NCBI RefSeq assembly: GCF_009834535.1
Contig: NC_045696.1
Location: 85,004,001 to 85,068,000, forward strand
Origin: Camelus ferus
Taxonomy: Eukaryota
Direction of reading: 5' to 3'
DNA: 64,000 nucleotides
Made by a program: the position numbers and the translations under genes. How positions within the stretch are numbered: position 1 is the first letter of the stretch; the number at the start of each line of letters is the position of its first letter. The notes under the pieces were generated by a model. It had not been told where the DNA came from and searched no databases. It saw only the letters and a program-made list of their open reading frames with translations. Below are positions 24,945 to 37,589 of this stretch, piece after piece.

Positions 24945-26730
24945 AAATCCTATTTCATCTTTGTTCATAAAATGTTTGGGCAGGTACTGTTAGTGCCTCT
25001 GAACCTATTACATGGGAACCACCAAAGAGCTATTGTTTGTTTCAATCTTCCATTAAACCCCAAAGCCAAGGCATACCCACCTTGTATAAATGCAGCAGCA
25101 GCAAAAGTGGGGAATGGTTCCGTTGTTTCCATTTGAAGATCTCCACTAGGTTTAAAAATACTCTATGTTCTGTAGACTCTTCTATTGACAGGAAATAACA
25201 CTTCATGATTAGTTGCCTTTCCTCCTGTGAATTAGTGTTGTCTCCCAGTTACGTACCACCATCTATTTCTGCAACACTCTAAACACAGCCACCCTTGTTC
25301 TCTAACCTGGAGAAAAATAAGTCAATATTCTTAACTACATTGAGTACTATCCACACCATGAACAAACTCTCTAGAAGTCCTATGGATAAACTTTATTTAA
25401 ATTTGTTTGTTGATGGTTCCATACTTTAAAAAAGGAGTCTAAAAATTAGCAAGCAAGCTATGCTATCACTGATATGAATTTACTTTGAAACATAGAAGTA
25501 TTCTAGAAATTAAAACAGTTTTATCAACTAGATTCATTGCCCTCACCAAGTACTTCCAACTGACAAATGATAAAAACACATATGTTTATCCTAATAATTG
25601 TTATGATTATGGGTTAGTTGATAATATTAAAATACTTTGGAAGCAGCTGTTTCCTGATGTTTACAGAAGCCACCTTATAGTAAAGCATAACATGTTAAAG
25701 ACATTTTATACAGTTTGCTATTGCTTAAGGAAACAGCCCTTAAGAAGATTGGAGTTTAGAAAAATCCTTCTTGAAAATATTCACAACAGCAGAGATAAAT
25801 TGGCAATGATATTAAACCAAGCTTGGTGGGATGATGTTATGTGTATTTTCCTATGAATGTCCTGCTCACCAAGTACATAACTTTGGCAAGAAGGCAAAGG
25901 TAGGGCATGGACAAGAACCACACTCTAGTCCCATTTGAATTCCTCCCAATGGGCTATAACTGTCTTCTGATTATTGTTGCTTCTTTTTTAGAATGGTATC
26001 TGGAGATGGTTATTGTTCCTGCTTCCTAGTCTGATTTGGGGATTTTCCTTGCAGGCGAGCTATGCATTCTTCCCATTGAGTAAATATCTCATTGTATCTC
26101 TACTATAAGAGGGACACGCTTTTATGTGCCACTGTTCTTTAAAACAATAAAGCTTTAACATTTACTTACAAAGTTTACTTTCTTTATCACTCACAAAATT
26201 TGGAAACTGTAAAGATAACTAATGGAATTCTACAGTTATAAACATCAAAGGTCTTAGAAAGCAGAACACTTACAAATCCCAAAGTATTACCTGTATCCTT
26301 GATGATAATAAAATCAACTATACCTAGGTCCACAAGTTTTCCTGAGTTAATAATCAACTGTCCCAAGAATTTTAGAATTGTGAGATTCCATTCTCTTACT
26401 GGCTAATATGACTAAATGATGCCAGAATACAAGTATACAATAATTCCAGATTTAGTACAAACATACTCAAATCGCATATCTAAAATTATCACCTCAATAC
26501 CTGTAGCATGATCTGAAACATGGAGATTTGGTCTTCTGAAAAAGATATCAAGAAAAACTAATCTTTAAGGTAATGGAAAAGACACTATCTGTTGTTATTA
26601 ACAACTGACGCAACAGTAAAACCGCATAGTGTTTATCCTTTGATTTATGATTTCCAGCTAAAAAAGATATAACTAACTTTTTCATAACTGTATTTAAACT
26701 CCATTAGAAAACCTCAAATTTAGGATTGTA
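24945..26730 (+). pseudogene. pol: pol remnant: RT connection, RNase H, integrase (many stops and frameshifts)
   Basis: Connection: KSYFIFVH..GQ..LHGNHQRAIVCFNLPLNPKAKAYPPCINAAAA (cf. MLV [22 protein letters not shown]) and CNTLNTATL. RNase H: LFVDGS (25403-25420), FIALTK..QL..YVYPNNCYDYGLV..ILWKQ. IN core: PFEFLPM, FPCRRA, ISTIRGTRF, YHSQNLETVKITNGIL, PKVLPVSLMIIKST. IN C-terminal GPY/F region: WKRHYLLLLTTDATVK. Confidence 0.9.
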
Positions 26731-27253
26731 GAAATTCACCAGAAACTGACCACGGAAGTGGTCTGCTTTCACCCAAACAACAGGGTAGACTAATGATTAC
26801 AAAAGTGGGCAGCTTCTCAGCAAGGTGGAAGAGCAAAATTAAATTTTCCAAGTCTTCAGTAGCCTCTTTCTTCTTTTTTTCTATCATTAATCTAGCATAT
26901 TATTACACTCTGACATGCTCTTTTAATTAACAAAAAATTTTCTTAATGTGCTCTTTTTTACCTTCATCTTGTTACTTTTAAACCTTATGAACTTCTGTGA
27001 TTGCTCTGAATTTAACCAGTTGATGGATATGTCATCTCCTACCTAATCTTACTGACAAAAAATAGCTTTTCCTTTAAGCATTTCAGGAGATATGTATTTT
27101 AAAAATATCTGTTCTGATACTTAGGTTTTCCTCAAATAATTAATTCCAGACTTCAGTCTTGTTAATATTGAACTTTGAGTCCATATCAGCAGATATTGGT
27201 GCTGGGAAACTGCAGCAAAATCTATTCCATTACCAGGAGTGGAAAGTAAACTT

Positions 27254-29057
27254 AGAGGCAAAATAGCTGTACTCCAAAAACTGTAAGATGTTGATGAGAG
27301 AAGTTGAAGATGACACAAACAGAAGGGAAAATATATCATGTGCTTGGATTGGACGAATCAATATTGTTAAAATGGCCATACTACCCAGGTCAATACACAG
27401 ATTCAGTGCAATCCCTGTCAAATTACCAATGGCATTTTTCACAAAACGGGAACCAAAAAAAAAGAATTTTTTTTTTTTAATTTGTATAGAAACACAAAAG
27501 ACCCTGAATAGCCAAAACAGTCTTGAGAAAGAACAGAGCTGGAGGAATCATGCTTCCTGACTTCAGACTATACTACAAAGCTACAGTAATCAAAATATTA
27601 TGGTATTGGCACAAAAAACAGAAACATAGATCAACGAAAGAGGATAGAAGGCCCAGAAATAAACCCACACACTTATGGTCAATTTATTGTTGACGAAGAA
27701 GGCAAGAAAATATAATAGAGAAAAGCCAGTGTGTTCAGTAAGCAGTACTGAGAAAACTGGACAGCTACATGTGAAAGAATGAAATTAGAACATTCTCTAA
27801 CACCATGTACAAAAATAAACTCAAAATGGATTAAAGACCTAAATGTAAGACTGGATACCCTAAAGCTCCTAAAGGAAAACATAGGCAGAACACTCTGACA
27901 TAAACTACAACAATTTTTTTTGGATCCATCTCCCAGAGTAATGGAAATAAAAGCAAAAATAAACAAATGAGATCTAATTAAACTAAAAAGCTTTTGTACA
28001 GTAAAGAAAACCATAAACAAAACGAAAAGATAACCTACAGAATGGGAGAAAATATTTGCAATGATGGGACCGACAAGGGATTAATTTCCAAAATATATAA
28101 ACAACCCATACAGCTTAATATAAAAAAAGGGCAACCCATTAAAAAATGGACAGAAGACCTAAACATATTTCTCTAAAGAAGACATAACAGATGGCCAATA
28201 AGAACATGAAAAGATGCTTAACATCACTAATTATTAGAGAAATTCAAATCAAAACTAGAATGAGGTATCATCTCATACCAATCAGAACGATCATCATTAA
28301 AAAGTCAACAAATAATAAATGCTGGAGAGGGTGTGGAGAAAAGGGAATCCTCCTACGCTGTTGGTGGGAATGTAAATTGGTGCAGCCACTATAGAGAACA
28401 GTACGGAGTTTCCTTAAAAAACTAAAAATAGAGTTACTACATGATCCATCAGTCCCACTCCTGGGCATATATTTAGAGAAAACTCTAATTCGAAAAAATA
28501 CATGCACCCCAATGTTCATAGCAGCACTATGTACAATAATCAAGACATAGAAGCAACCTAAATGTCCACTGACAGATGAATGGATAAAGAAAATGGGTAT
28601 GTATATACAATGGAAGATATTACTTGGCTCTAAAAAAGAATGAAATATCATTTGCAGCAACATGGATGGACCTAGAGATTATCATGTTAAGTGAAATAAG
28701 CCTGATAAAGACAAATATCATATGATATCACATACATGTGGAGCCTAAAAAAAGAATACAAATGAACTTATTTAGAAACCAGAAATAGACTCACAGACAT
28801 AGAAAACAAACTATGGTTACTAAAAAGGAAAGAGGGCAAAGGGATAAATTCAGAGTTTGGAATTAACACATACGTACTACTATGTATAATGTAGATAAAC
28901 AACTGTATAGCACATGGGACTATATTCAATATCTTGGAATAACCTATAATGGAAAATAATCTGAAAAATAATATATATCTGAATCACTTTGTTGTACATC
29001 TAAAACTAACACAATATTGTAAATCAACTATACTTCAATTTCTTTTTTTTTTTTTAA
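27254..29057 (+). mobile_element. 5'-truncated lineage-specific (artiodactyl-type) L1 inserted in the ERV env region
   Basis: ORF2 peptides ISCAWIGRINIVKMAILPRSIHRFSAIPVKLP and [32 protein letters not shown]. 3' UTR ends AATCAACTATACTTCAAT. TSD GAAAGTAAACTT (27242-27253) / GAAAGTAAGCTT (29058-29069). Confidence 0.95.
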
Positions 29058-29244
29058 GAAAGTAAGCTTGGGTTTATCCTTGCTACAATAGTTAGATTAA
29101 TCTCTTTATAGACATTCCAGTCTACTTTGCAGGAACTGCTTAAATTTATTCAAAGAATCTTCCCACCTGAATTAATCAATGATTGATTATCTCTTGACAA
29201 TATAAATAATATTATATCCCCATGATTCTTTGCCCTTCTTATGA

Positions 29245-29470
29245 GAATACAACTTCTGCTCTGGAAGCCCAACAAACCAGTTTAAACTTGAATTTGTTAG
29301 CTAGAGTTGCCGTGGACAGATGCATAATCCTTAATTTCTATTTATCTAGCCAAAGGGGAAATTGTCCTATACACTTCTTGCTGCACGTATTTAAATACTT
29401 CAGGTCACATAGAATAGCCTGTGATTCGGATGAAAAGAAAGCTTATTGGATCTTTAGAAATGTCCAGCTG
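29245..29470 (+). pseudogene. env: env transmembrane (TM) ectodomain remnant
   Basis: NTTSALEAQQTSLNLNLLARVAVDRCIILNFYLSSQRGNCPI, frameshift, TSCCTYLNTSGHIE*: heptad repeat, degenerate immunosuppressive domain and C...CC loop of gamma-type Env TM. Confidence 0.85.
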
Positions 29471-29826
29471 GGCTTAAGACAGATTTTTATTGCCTAGGTT
29501 TGATGACTCAGGCCTCTATCTTTGAGGCCTATCACAAAGACTAATAATTTTTCTTGTATTTGGCTGAAGCATTTTGTTCAGCCTATTAATGCTACTCTCA
29601 TTTCAAATGCACCAGAATGAATGGCAAGAACTAATTTTATTCAAACTCACACAATGTGCTGTGAACAGCCTCCTAAAGAGCAAATCTTGGCAGGAGTGAG
29701 CATCTGAATCAAAGACTACACCCTAAGTCCTCACTTCATCTACCCTTGGACAAAAGCAGGGACCAAGAAAGAGGAAAGTACTCCTGACAGTAAGTAGCTG
29801 ACTCAACTCTAACAGTTAAGACTTGA

Positions 29827-30377
29827 TGTTGCTAGAAGTTGGTCTGATACAACGAAACTCTGATGATCTTATGTTGTACATAAAAAAATTGTACAAAACA
29901 CAAATATCAGGCAAGGCCACTTAACGACCATGATGGAAAAAGAACAAGTGTGACAGCTTAATAATCATGTCTAGGCACAGACAAATGCAATAACACTTTA
30001 TAAACTAAAATAATGGCTAAACACCCACTTCCTGATTAATATATATAACTGCTATGTCTTTCAAAATTATAGCTTTAACTCCACTTTGTTATTCCCATCT
30101 TCTAAATAAAAATTGTTAAGATACTCAAATACAGTATTATCCCTACTTTCTGAGTTCATCCAATCCAGAGCAAAATCCTGCTTCATTTAACCCTCTGCCA
30201 GACTGCTTAATGGAAGCACAGCTCTCGTATGTAATACATCCTGTGGGTACCCTCTTAGTAGCTACAAAGTATAATAATTATCCATTATATGTGTTTTCAT
30301 TCAGCAGTAAGCCAATCCAACTTTATTCAACCATGGATGTCATTCAATTATTTGTCTTTGGCTGAAGGACATCAACA
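29827..30377 (+). mobile_element. 3' LTR of the ERV1 provirus
   Basis: 551 bp bounded by the inverted repeat TGTTG...CAACA, downstream of env, similar to 20802-21358. Confidence 0.85.
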
Positions 30378-30799
30378 AATACGAATACAGAAGGAAAGAC
30401 AATAGGCATTCTCTTTAAGATATGACTAGTATACTTAATTAAAAAAACTTTATATTTTGGTTTATAAAAGCATAATATGTGTATTGTGTTAAACCTGAAA
30501 AAGAAAAAAAATTAAAATTCCATAATCCTACTACAATGAAAATAATCATTTAACATGCCCAGGTACATCTGTATAAGACTTGCCGTTATCTTTCAACACC
30601 ATCTACCATTTTAAGCAAAGTTCAAAAAACTGCATAAATAAAAGAAATTATTACACTACACTGTGGTACGTTCTCAAGAATTTCCTTTTTTTAATAGTTA
30701 CATTAATATAAATAGCAACATAAAAACGAAAAAATATTATCTATAAATAATGATCCTCTGTATTAATATAGAATCTCTTCCAATTTTGAATTAAACACT

Positions 30800-31225
30800 C
30801 TGTGTTAGGTTAGAGTAATCTGCTTAATAAATAGACGATAATATTCCAAACTCAATAAAAGTTTATTTCTCTGTGATATAAAATCTCAGGATAGGTTTTC
30901 AACAACATAGGGCAAAGAGTGATGTTTTCACACAGTGGTTGAAGGACCTGGAAGGGTTATATAAGTCTGTCATCTCCAAGGTGTGACTTATAAAGTTGCT
31001 GGGTTATCATAACTGCACACCCAGGAAAGAAGAAAGAATGGCAAAGAGCACAAACAAGGTGTTTTGACCAGACTTGAAACTGGCCCACACCACTTTCACT
31101 CACATTCCATTTTGAGGGATTAGTCAAATAGCCTAATTCAGCTGCAGAAGAGACCACCAGCACCCTAAAATTCTATGTCTATAGAAGAAATACATGGGTT
31201 TGGAAAACAGCCATTGTTCTCTTCC
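30800..31225 (-). mobile_element. Old MaLR LTR (MLT1J/K/L-like)
   Basis: AATAAAAGTTTATTTCTCTG... and CACTTTCACTCACATTCCATT...AGCTGCA motifs. Confidence 0.6.
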
Positions 31226-32304
31226 CAACTGCGTAAGAAAAGAGTTCTTTACATTTAAACATTTATTGCCATCACATTGTGCCTACTTATTTTAATAAAC
31301 ATTTAATTACATACAATTGCATATATGAGTTGCTATATATATTTTGATCTTTTAAAAAATAACTATAATATTTGTAGAAAACTGTTCACCCAAATGGGCT
31401 TTTGTTTCAATACTTAAAATAGTTATACACCTAGCCATTTCCTGAAGGCTCACATAAGGAATTGTCACATAGTTTGTGTTTAAAATACTCTAAAAAAAAT
31501 CTTTTTATCAATACATTGCTTAAAATAAAGTATGACTGAAAGTATAACACAGTTTAACAGCAAAACAAAGGTGTTTAATAAAACATAACTGAAATCCTTA
31601 ATGTATAGAAATTAAAATCATCAAACCTTTAAGTATTGACTATGCACAAGGTATTGCTAAGCGAAATATGGAATGTTAAAAAAGATGATGACAAAAATAT
31701 TTATTGTTAATAAGTAAAAAGAGGATTCAATTTAAGATATCTACAGATTTCAGATTATGAAAATACAATGCTTTTGTTAAATAGTTTCTTAAATTGTGAG
31801 ACTGAAAATACATCTAATTTGAATTTGTATAACAATAACCCTAAAATACAATATTAAATGAGATAGGTAATTATTTTATATAAAGCTAGGGAAATATTTA
31901 TGTTGGAAGAAAAGTGAGATCAAATTAATAAATACACAAAATTTTCATAAGCAAATATTTTGAGTGGTCAAAGTGCTTTAAAGCAGACAAAATTAGTAAA
32001 AACTCCCATGACATCACAGCTCACCTAAGTCTGCAGGAACTCCTTCCTTGGATTTATTAAGCTGCTACAGACAGATAAATAACAGCATATATTTGCTGAA
32101 ATCATTTTTCAAAGCCTGTAGTCTCCAGCGTGAGGATGTGATATAAAGTGGTTGAATTTTCTTGCAAAAGACAAGTCATTCACATTCTGTAAAAAAAGAA
32201 AAGATCTTTTAAAAATAAAATGAAAGGGATATAAAAATATTAATAATAAAATCCTTGAAAACGTTGCTAATTTAAAAATAGATATGCATATTGCACATAT
32301 TGGG

Positions 32305-32593
32305 CTTTGACTCCTGGGTGATGGAGTAGACGTACTTTTCCCTATTCTTTCTATTTAGTACAACTATCAAATGTGTACATTATATGTAAAATAGGCGAGG
32401 GACCTCAGGATTCAGGAACAACGTGGCAGTGTCCCATGAATTTTCTTTTTGCTTCCTAGATCCCTCAAATGTCAACAGGCACAGACAAACCAAGGCCCAA
32501 CAAAATTTTGGTCTCTCTAGCAAAGGTACCATGAAAAAGACTTCCTAGCAAATCAGAAACCTTTTAGGCAATAATCACTCTTTACCAGCCAAA

Positions 32594-32594
<1 letters not shown>
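32305..32594 (+). mobile_element. Old L1 5'-end fragment
   Basis: GATGGAGTAGACGTACTTTTCCCTATTC...TAGTACAACTA resembles an L1MC/MD 5' terminus. Confidence 0.5.

Positions 32595-32652
<58 letters not shown>
32595..32652. repeat. (CA)29 perfect microsatellite
   Basis: Uninterrupted CA run, directly visible. Confidence 0.98.
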
Positions 32653-32654
<2 letters not shown>

Positions 32655-32655
<1 letters not shown>

Positions 32656-33355
32656 TAAAGTGAAAAGGCAAAATAGAGAGGAAGAAAATACCTGCAGTAT
32701 GCAGTACATCTGGCACAGGTACTGTGCACCAAAAATATAAAGCACTATTACAAGCCAATAAGAAAAAGACAGACAACCTGATTTAAAAAATTTTATCAAG
32801 ATACATTCATACTCTCAAAACAAACAATCACCAAATGGTAATAAACATAGGAAATAGTACTCAGTCTTATTAGCCAACAGGTAAATGTAAAATAAACCCA
32901 CAGTACGTTCTCAATCTCACAGAAGAATGTCAAATAAAAGAGACAGAAGAAACACAGTACTGGAGAGGAGGTGAAACAACTAGCACTCTCACACACTGCT
33001 GGTGGGATGATTCGTTTGTATGAACATTTTGGAAGACAGTTTGGCAGTATCTTAAAGCTGAACAAATGAATATCCCAAGGCCCAGTAATTCTATTCCAAC
33101 AGAAATGTAAACATCTGTTTATATATGTATGTGTGTGTGTGTTTGTGAGACATGAACAAATCATAGTAACACAGTTACTATTATTTCCAAACTGGAACCT
33201 ACCCAAATAACCATTAACAGTAAAATGTATAAATAAATTATGGTACAATCACACACAGGACTACTAAAACAATAATGAGAATGTTCTGCAATGATACCTA
33301 ATATTATGAATAAATTTCACAAACTTAAAATTGAACAAAAGAAGCATACAAAAGA
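32655..33355 (+). mobile_element. Old L1 (L1ME-like) ORF2 end / 3' region
   Basis: CACTCTCACACACTGCTGGTGGGA...TTTGGAAGACAGTTTGGCAGTATCT...CCAAACTGGAACCTACCCAAAT. Confidence 0.8.
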
Positions 33356-33384
33356 CTTTAAAAGACTTTAACTTTCAAAAGCAT

Positions 33385-34200
33385 TTATCCATGAATGGGC
33401 ATGTGGACACTTAAGTTGTTTCCATGTCTTGGTTATTGTTAATAGGCTGCAGGTAGCTTAGAGGTGCAGATATCTCTTTGATAAAGTGATTTTGTTTCCT
33501 TTGGATATACGTTCGGAAGTGAAATTGCTAGATCATATGGTAGTTCTATTTTTAAATTTTTCAAGAATCTCCATAGTGTTTTCCATGGTGGCAATACCAA
33601 TTTACATTCTCACCAACAGTGCACAAGAGTTCCCTTTTCTCCACATCTTCTGCAGTATTTGTTATCTCTTGTCATTTTGAAGATAGCCATTCTAACAAGC
33701 ATGAGGTAATACCTCACTGTGCTTTAAAATTGCGCTTTCCTGATGAGGAGTGATGTCGACGAGCCCATTTTATGAACCTGTTGGCCATTTGAATATCTTC
33801 AATGTATGATTTGTACATATTTGCTGCCATTCTGTATGTTGATTTTTAATTTTGTTGATTGTTTCTCTTGCTGTGCAGAAGCTTTGTGGTTTGATGTAGC
33901 CCACTCATTGATTTTTTATTCTGTTGCTTGTGTTTTAGGTATCATCCAAAAAATTCATTGCCAAGACCTATGTCAAGAAGCTTTTCCCCTATATTTTCTT
34001 CTAGGAGCATTATGGTTTCAGGTCTTACATTTAAGTCTTTAATTCGTTTCCAGTTAATTTGGGGTAGTGGTGTTAGATAGGGATCTGGTTTCATTCTTTT
34101 ACATGTGAATGTCCAGTTTTTTCCAGCACTATTTATTGAGGAGACTGTCTTTTCTCCATTCAGTATTCTTGGCTCTCTTGTCAGATATTAGGTAACCATA
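33385..34200 (-). mobile_element. L1MA/MB-type ORF2 fragment
   Basis: GGTGCAGATATCTCTTTG...ATTGCTAGATCATATGGTAGTTCTATTTT...TTTCATTCTTTTACATGTGAATGTCCAGTTTT: antisense L1 ORF2. Confidence 0.9.
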
Positions 34201-35811
34201 AATATTTGCTGAATTAAGATACATGCCCATCTACATCATAAAATATTACAGGTCAATTAACTACTTTATTATGAGGATGGTGGAACAAACAGTAAAACAT
34301 GCACCACGTGATGGTTTATAGGAAGCATAATGATATGTACAGTGTCATTTTAATAACGTGAAATGTGTACATGTGACAATAAGAATTTCAGAACAATATG
34401 GAAAAACAAAACTAGCCATACCAGGGTTGGAAAATTATGAATAAAATTATCTTTGACCATGATTTTTGCATGGTGGTAATCTAGTCTAGAAGAAAAAAGA
34501 CCAGAGTTTGTTGATACCATTGAGGAAAGCCCCAAAACAAAGACAACCTGTTACACTCAGAGAATTTAAAAGTCTAAGAATATCTGACCTGAATAAAACA
34601 TGTTTTTTTCCTATGAGAAGCTGGTTATGTAATATAACAAGGATGACTTTGAATTATTGCTTAAGAAACTGCAATAGAGAAATCAGATAATATTTATATT
34701 AGTAGTTAATAAAGTTCATCCATCTCATAACACTTTCAGCAAATAAAATTCCCAGTCAGTTTAACCTCATAACTATTCCTTATGCCCAACTGTACAATCA
34801 CCTAATTAACAACTTTATTCTGTCTTAGATCATCTGGTGCTTTCAAAGGTCAATATTTGTATAAGTAGCAGGATATTACATGTGTTCTCTTGGAAACATA
34901 GAATGAATTAAGAAAATAACAATTTAAAATTTTATTCATGTTAAAGGCTCACTAGTCACATGTGAGCACATTATGTTCTTACTGCAGTCATGGGTCAAAG
35001 GTTTATAAAAGTTAAAAAAAGAAAAAGGAAAAGAAAGGGCAGATTCTGTCCTTGCAGTATTTCACAGTTGTCTCTCACTTCACCTCCTGTCCCTCCTCCC
35101 ACGTTGGTTGACAGCATTCAATGCCTCAGTAATTACAATATCAGTGATATTCTAAGAAAAAAAGAGAGAAGTGGCCTACTTAATTGGAACTTTAATTCAG
35201 ATTTGTAGGATCTGAGCCTTTGTTTGTGAGTCTCAGTATTTTAGGACATTTTAGCTTTGCCCATGGTCACTGAAATGTTTTCAATCCGATAATGAAATGT
35301 TTCCAGATGGATGTGGACCTTACTTGCTTTGACACCAGTGATACATTTTGTACTTTCCCCCATGTCTAGCATCTACTCGCTAGACCAAATTAATAAAACA
35401 CTTCTTAATTATACACATTGACTGGGTGACATATCCAAGAAGTCCTCTTTACAGGTGAAAAGAGGTACAAATTAGATTAACCACTCTGTTAAAAATATAA
35501 TGAAATGTAGCATAATGGAACAGTAAAGAACATTAGATCCTGGAAAACAAAGAAGAAATATTTAACAAAATAAATTTTAATTCCATTTAACCAGAATAAA
35601 AGTTAAATTAGAATAATTCCCTCAATTATGATTGAAAGCACCCCATAAACATGCACTACTGCTATCTCCTCACCCAGTGCTATTTCCCTTCAAGTCTTCT
35701 TTTATTAGAACAGTTGTCCCTTTGCCTTTCCCTCACACATACTAATTCCTGCTTGTGCCGTCATTACATTTAACACCATGTTATATCTTATTTTATACTA
35801 TGATTACTTAT

Positions 35812-36220
35812 TTTGGTGGAAAGAGTAATGCCTCTCCCCTAAAGAAAGATGTCCACGTCCTACTCCCTGAAACCTGTGAATACGTGCTTTTACATGGCAA
35901 AGGAGGATTAAAGTTGCAGATGTCATTAAGTTTGCTAATCAGCTGACTGTAAAATAAGGAAATTATCCTGCAGTAGCTGGGTTGCCCAAATGTCATCACC
36001 AAGGTCCTTTAGGAGAGTGGACAAGGAGGGCACATGGGGAAGCTCTTAAAGCTTTCACAGGCTTCAAAGTGAATGCAGCTCTGTGGGCGCCTTGATTTTA
36101 ACCCAACAAGACCAATTCAAGATTTCTTATCTTTACTATTATAAGATAACACGTGACTGTGTTATCTTTAGGCCACTGAGTTTTTGGCAGTTCTTACAGA
36201 AGCAACAAAAAACTAATACA
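35812..36220 (+). mobile_element. MLT1D-like MaLR LTR
   Basis: AAAGATGTCCACGTCCTA..ACCTGTGAATA..TTACATGGCAAAGGAGGATTAAAGTTGCAGATG...AAACTAATACA. Confidence 0.85.
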
Positions 36221-37589
36221 TCAGTTGAGCCCCACCTCCATGCAAGTGTACTGCACTAGCCAGTAATTTTGCTGTTCTTAAGGTAGCCTGGTTTTGTTGT
36301 TGCTTATTTAAATATTTATTCTTATCTAGGAAATTGTCCAGAAAAACTTAAAGAGTTTTGCAGCATTTGTCATTTGCTTATCAGACTTCATTAAAAAAAT
36401 CAATAAACAACGCAATTAAATGATCTCAATTATAAATCAAAGATCGGCTTATATTTATTCATCATAGTGCTAATAAGAGAAAGATAGGTCTATTTTCTCA
36501 GCACATCTGGTCATCTTTTAAACTTTAAAGAACTGCATGTAAGAACTGATTTAATAACTAGCAAAGCTACAACAGATGAAAAGAAAAAACAGGAGTTTTT
36601 ATGTAAATTAACAATAGTTTATACCAAATTTTCTATGCACTGTTGCCAATGTCAACAAAAATACACCTAAAACAAAACAAATAAAATATGCAAACTTTTT
36701 CAAACCCATGGAAAGAAAAAGGCAAATTTTAACAAGAAGAATTGCTAAAAAGTATAAATAAACCCATCATGACTTTGGAAAACTCAACGAACTGTTAATG
36801 ACCTGGACATACTATTTGATGCTTAAGTATGAATATTTTAGTAGCAGCAAACTTAAGAGTCTCTCAGCATTTTTGTAGTATATTTGTTTTAATTTGGTTG
36901 TGAAGATTTGCTAGTAGCAGAAAATTTACAATTTTATTGCCAGCTTTGTATATATTTTATACATTGCTAAATATTTAGACAAATAAGCAGACTTTTGTAT
37001 ATTAATTATGTGCCTAAATTACTCTGTCACCTTATATCTAAAGAAAAACAACATTCTGTATTTTATAATTTGTTGCATTAATGACTGTGCTAATAAATCT
37101 CTGCTCTGCTTTTAAAGTGAACCATCACTTACTAATGAATGGCAGAAAAAATAGGAAATGAAGAAGAAAGAATTAATAAATTTTCCTGTTTTGAAGGTTG
37201 AAGTTGTTATTGTTGCAATATTTTCAATGATCTGGGTAGAAGAAAATGTTTGTTTTTTTCATCAAAATGGAAAATTTAATTGCTTATATTTGCAATTACA
37301 TTTAAAGTATGTGACACTTCTATGCTCTGGCTCACTATAGCAAATAGGAAATAAGTCAAAATTTTTTGAACATTCATGAAATGCGGACAATTTTGAACAA
37401 GTTGGTAAGCTCATTCTGATTTTTTGTAAACTAACTGTTGCTCAGCTTCACAAAATCCTCCAGTGTTTCATTGTAAGAAAATTCAGATCCTTTGGAATAG
37501 AATCTCCTTTCTTATTTTATCAAAATCCTTTCAAATTTTCCCATGCCTTCAGATTTTTGAGGGGAAGAGATTAAATGATCTCATTATCA

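Larger units (their letters stand above)
20802..30377 (+). mobile_element. Ancient class I (gammaretrovirus-like, ERV1) provirus, LTR-gag-pol-env-LTR, fully defective (MER110/MER90-like by recollection)
   Basis: Two mutually alignable ~550-bp LTRs, a tRNA-Gln PBS, a leader splice donor, and recognisable gag, RT-connection, RNase H, integrase and env-TM peptides, all on + in canonical retroviral order. Confidence 0.9.

Noticed and set aside
25485..25856. 123-aa ORF as a functional CDS
   Set aside because: TTG start, fuses decayed RNase H and integrase pieces, conserved residues lost.
20795..30385. Target-site duplication around the provirus
   Set aside because: Flanks (TCCAA / AATAC) do not match; too decayed, or the 5' boundary is off by a few bases.
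32796..33248. 150-aa minus-strand ORF
   Set aside because: Antisense to decayed L1 sequence.
36500..36950. Possible hAT transposase or pseudogene remnant (QEELL-like text)
   Set aside because: Only a 5-residue resemblance in A-rich sequence; not supportable without a search.
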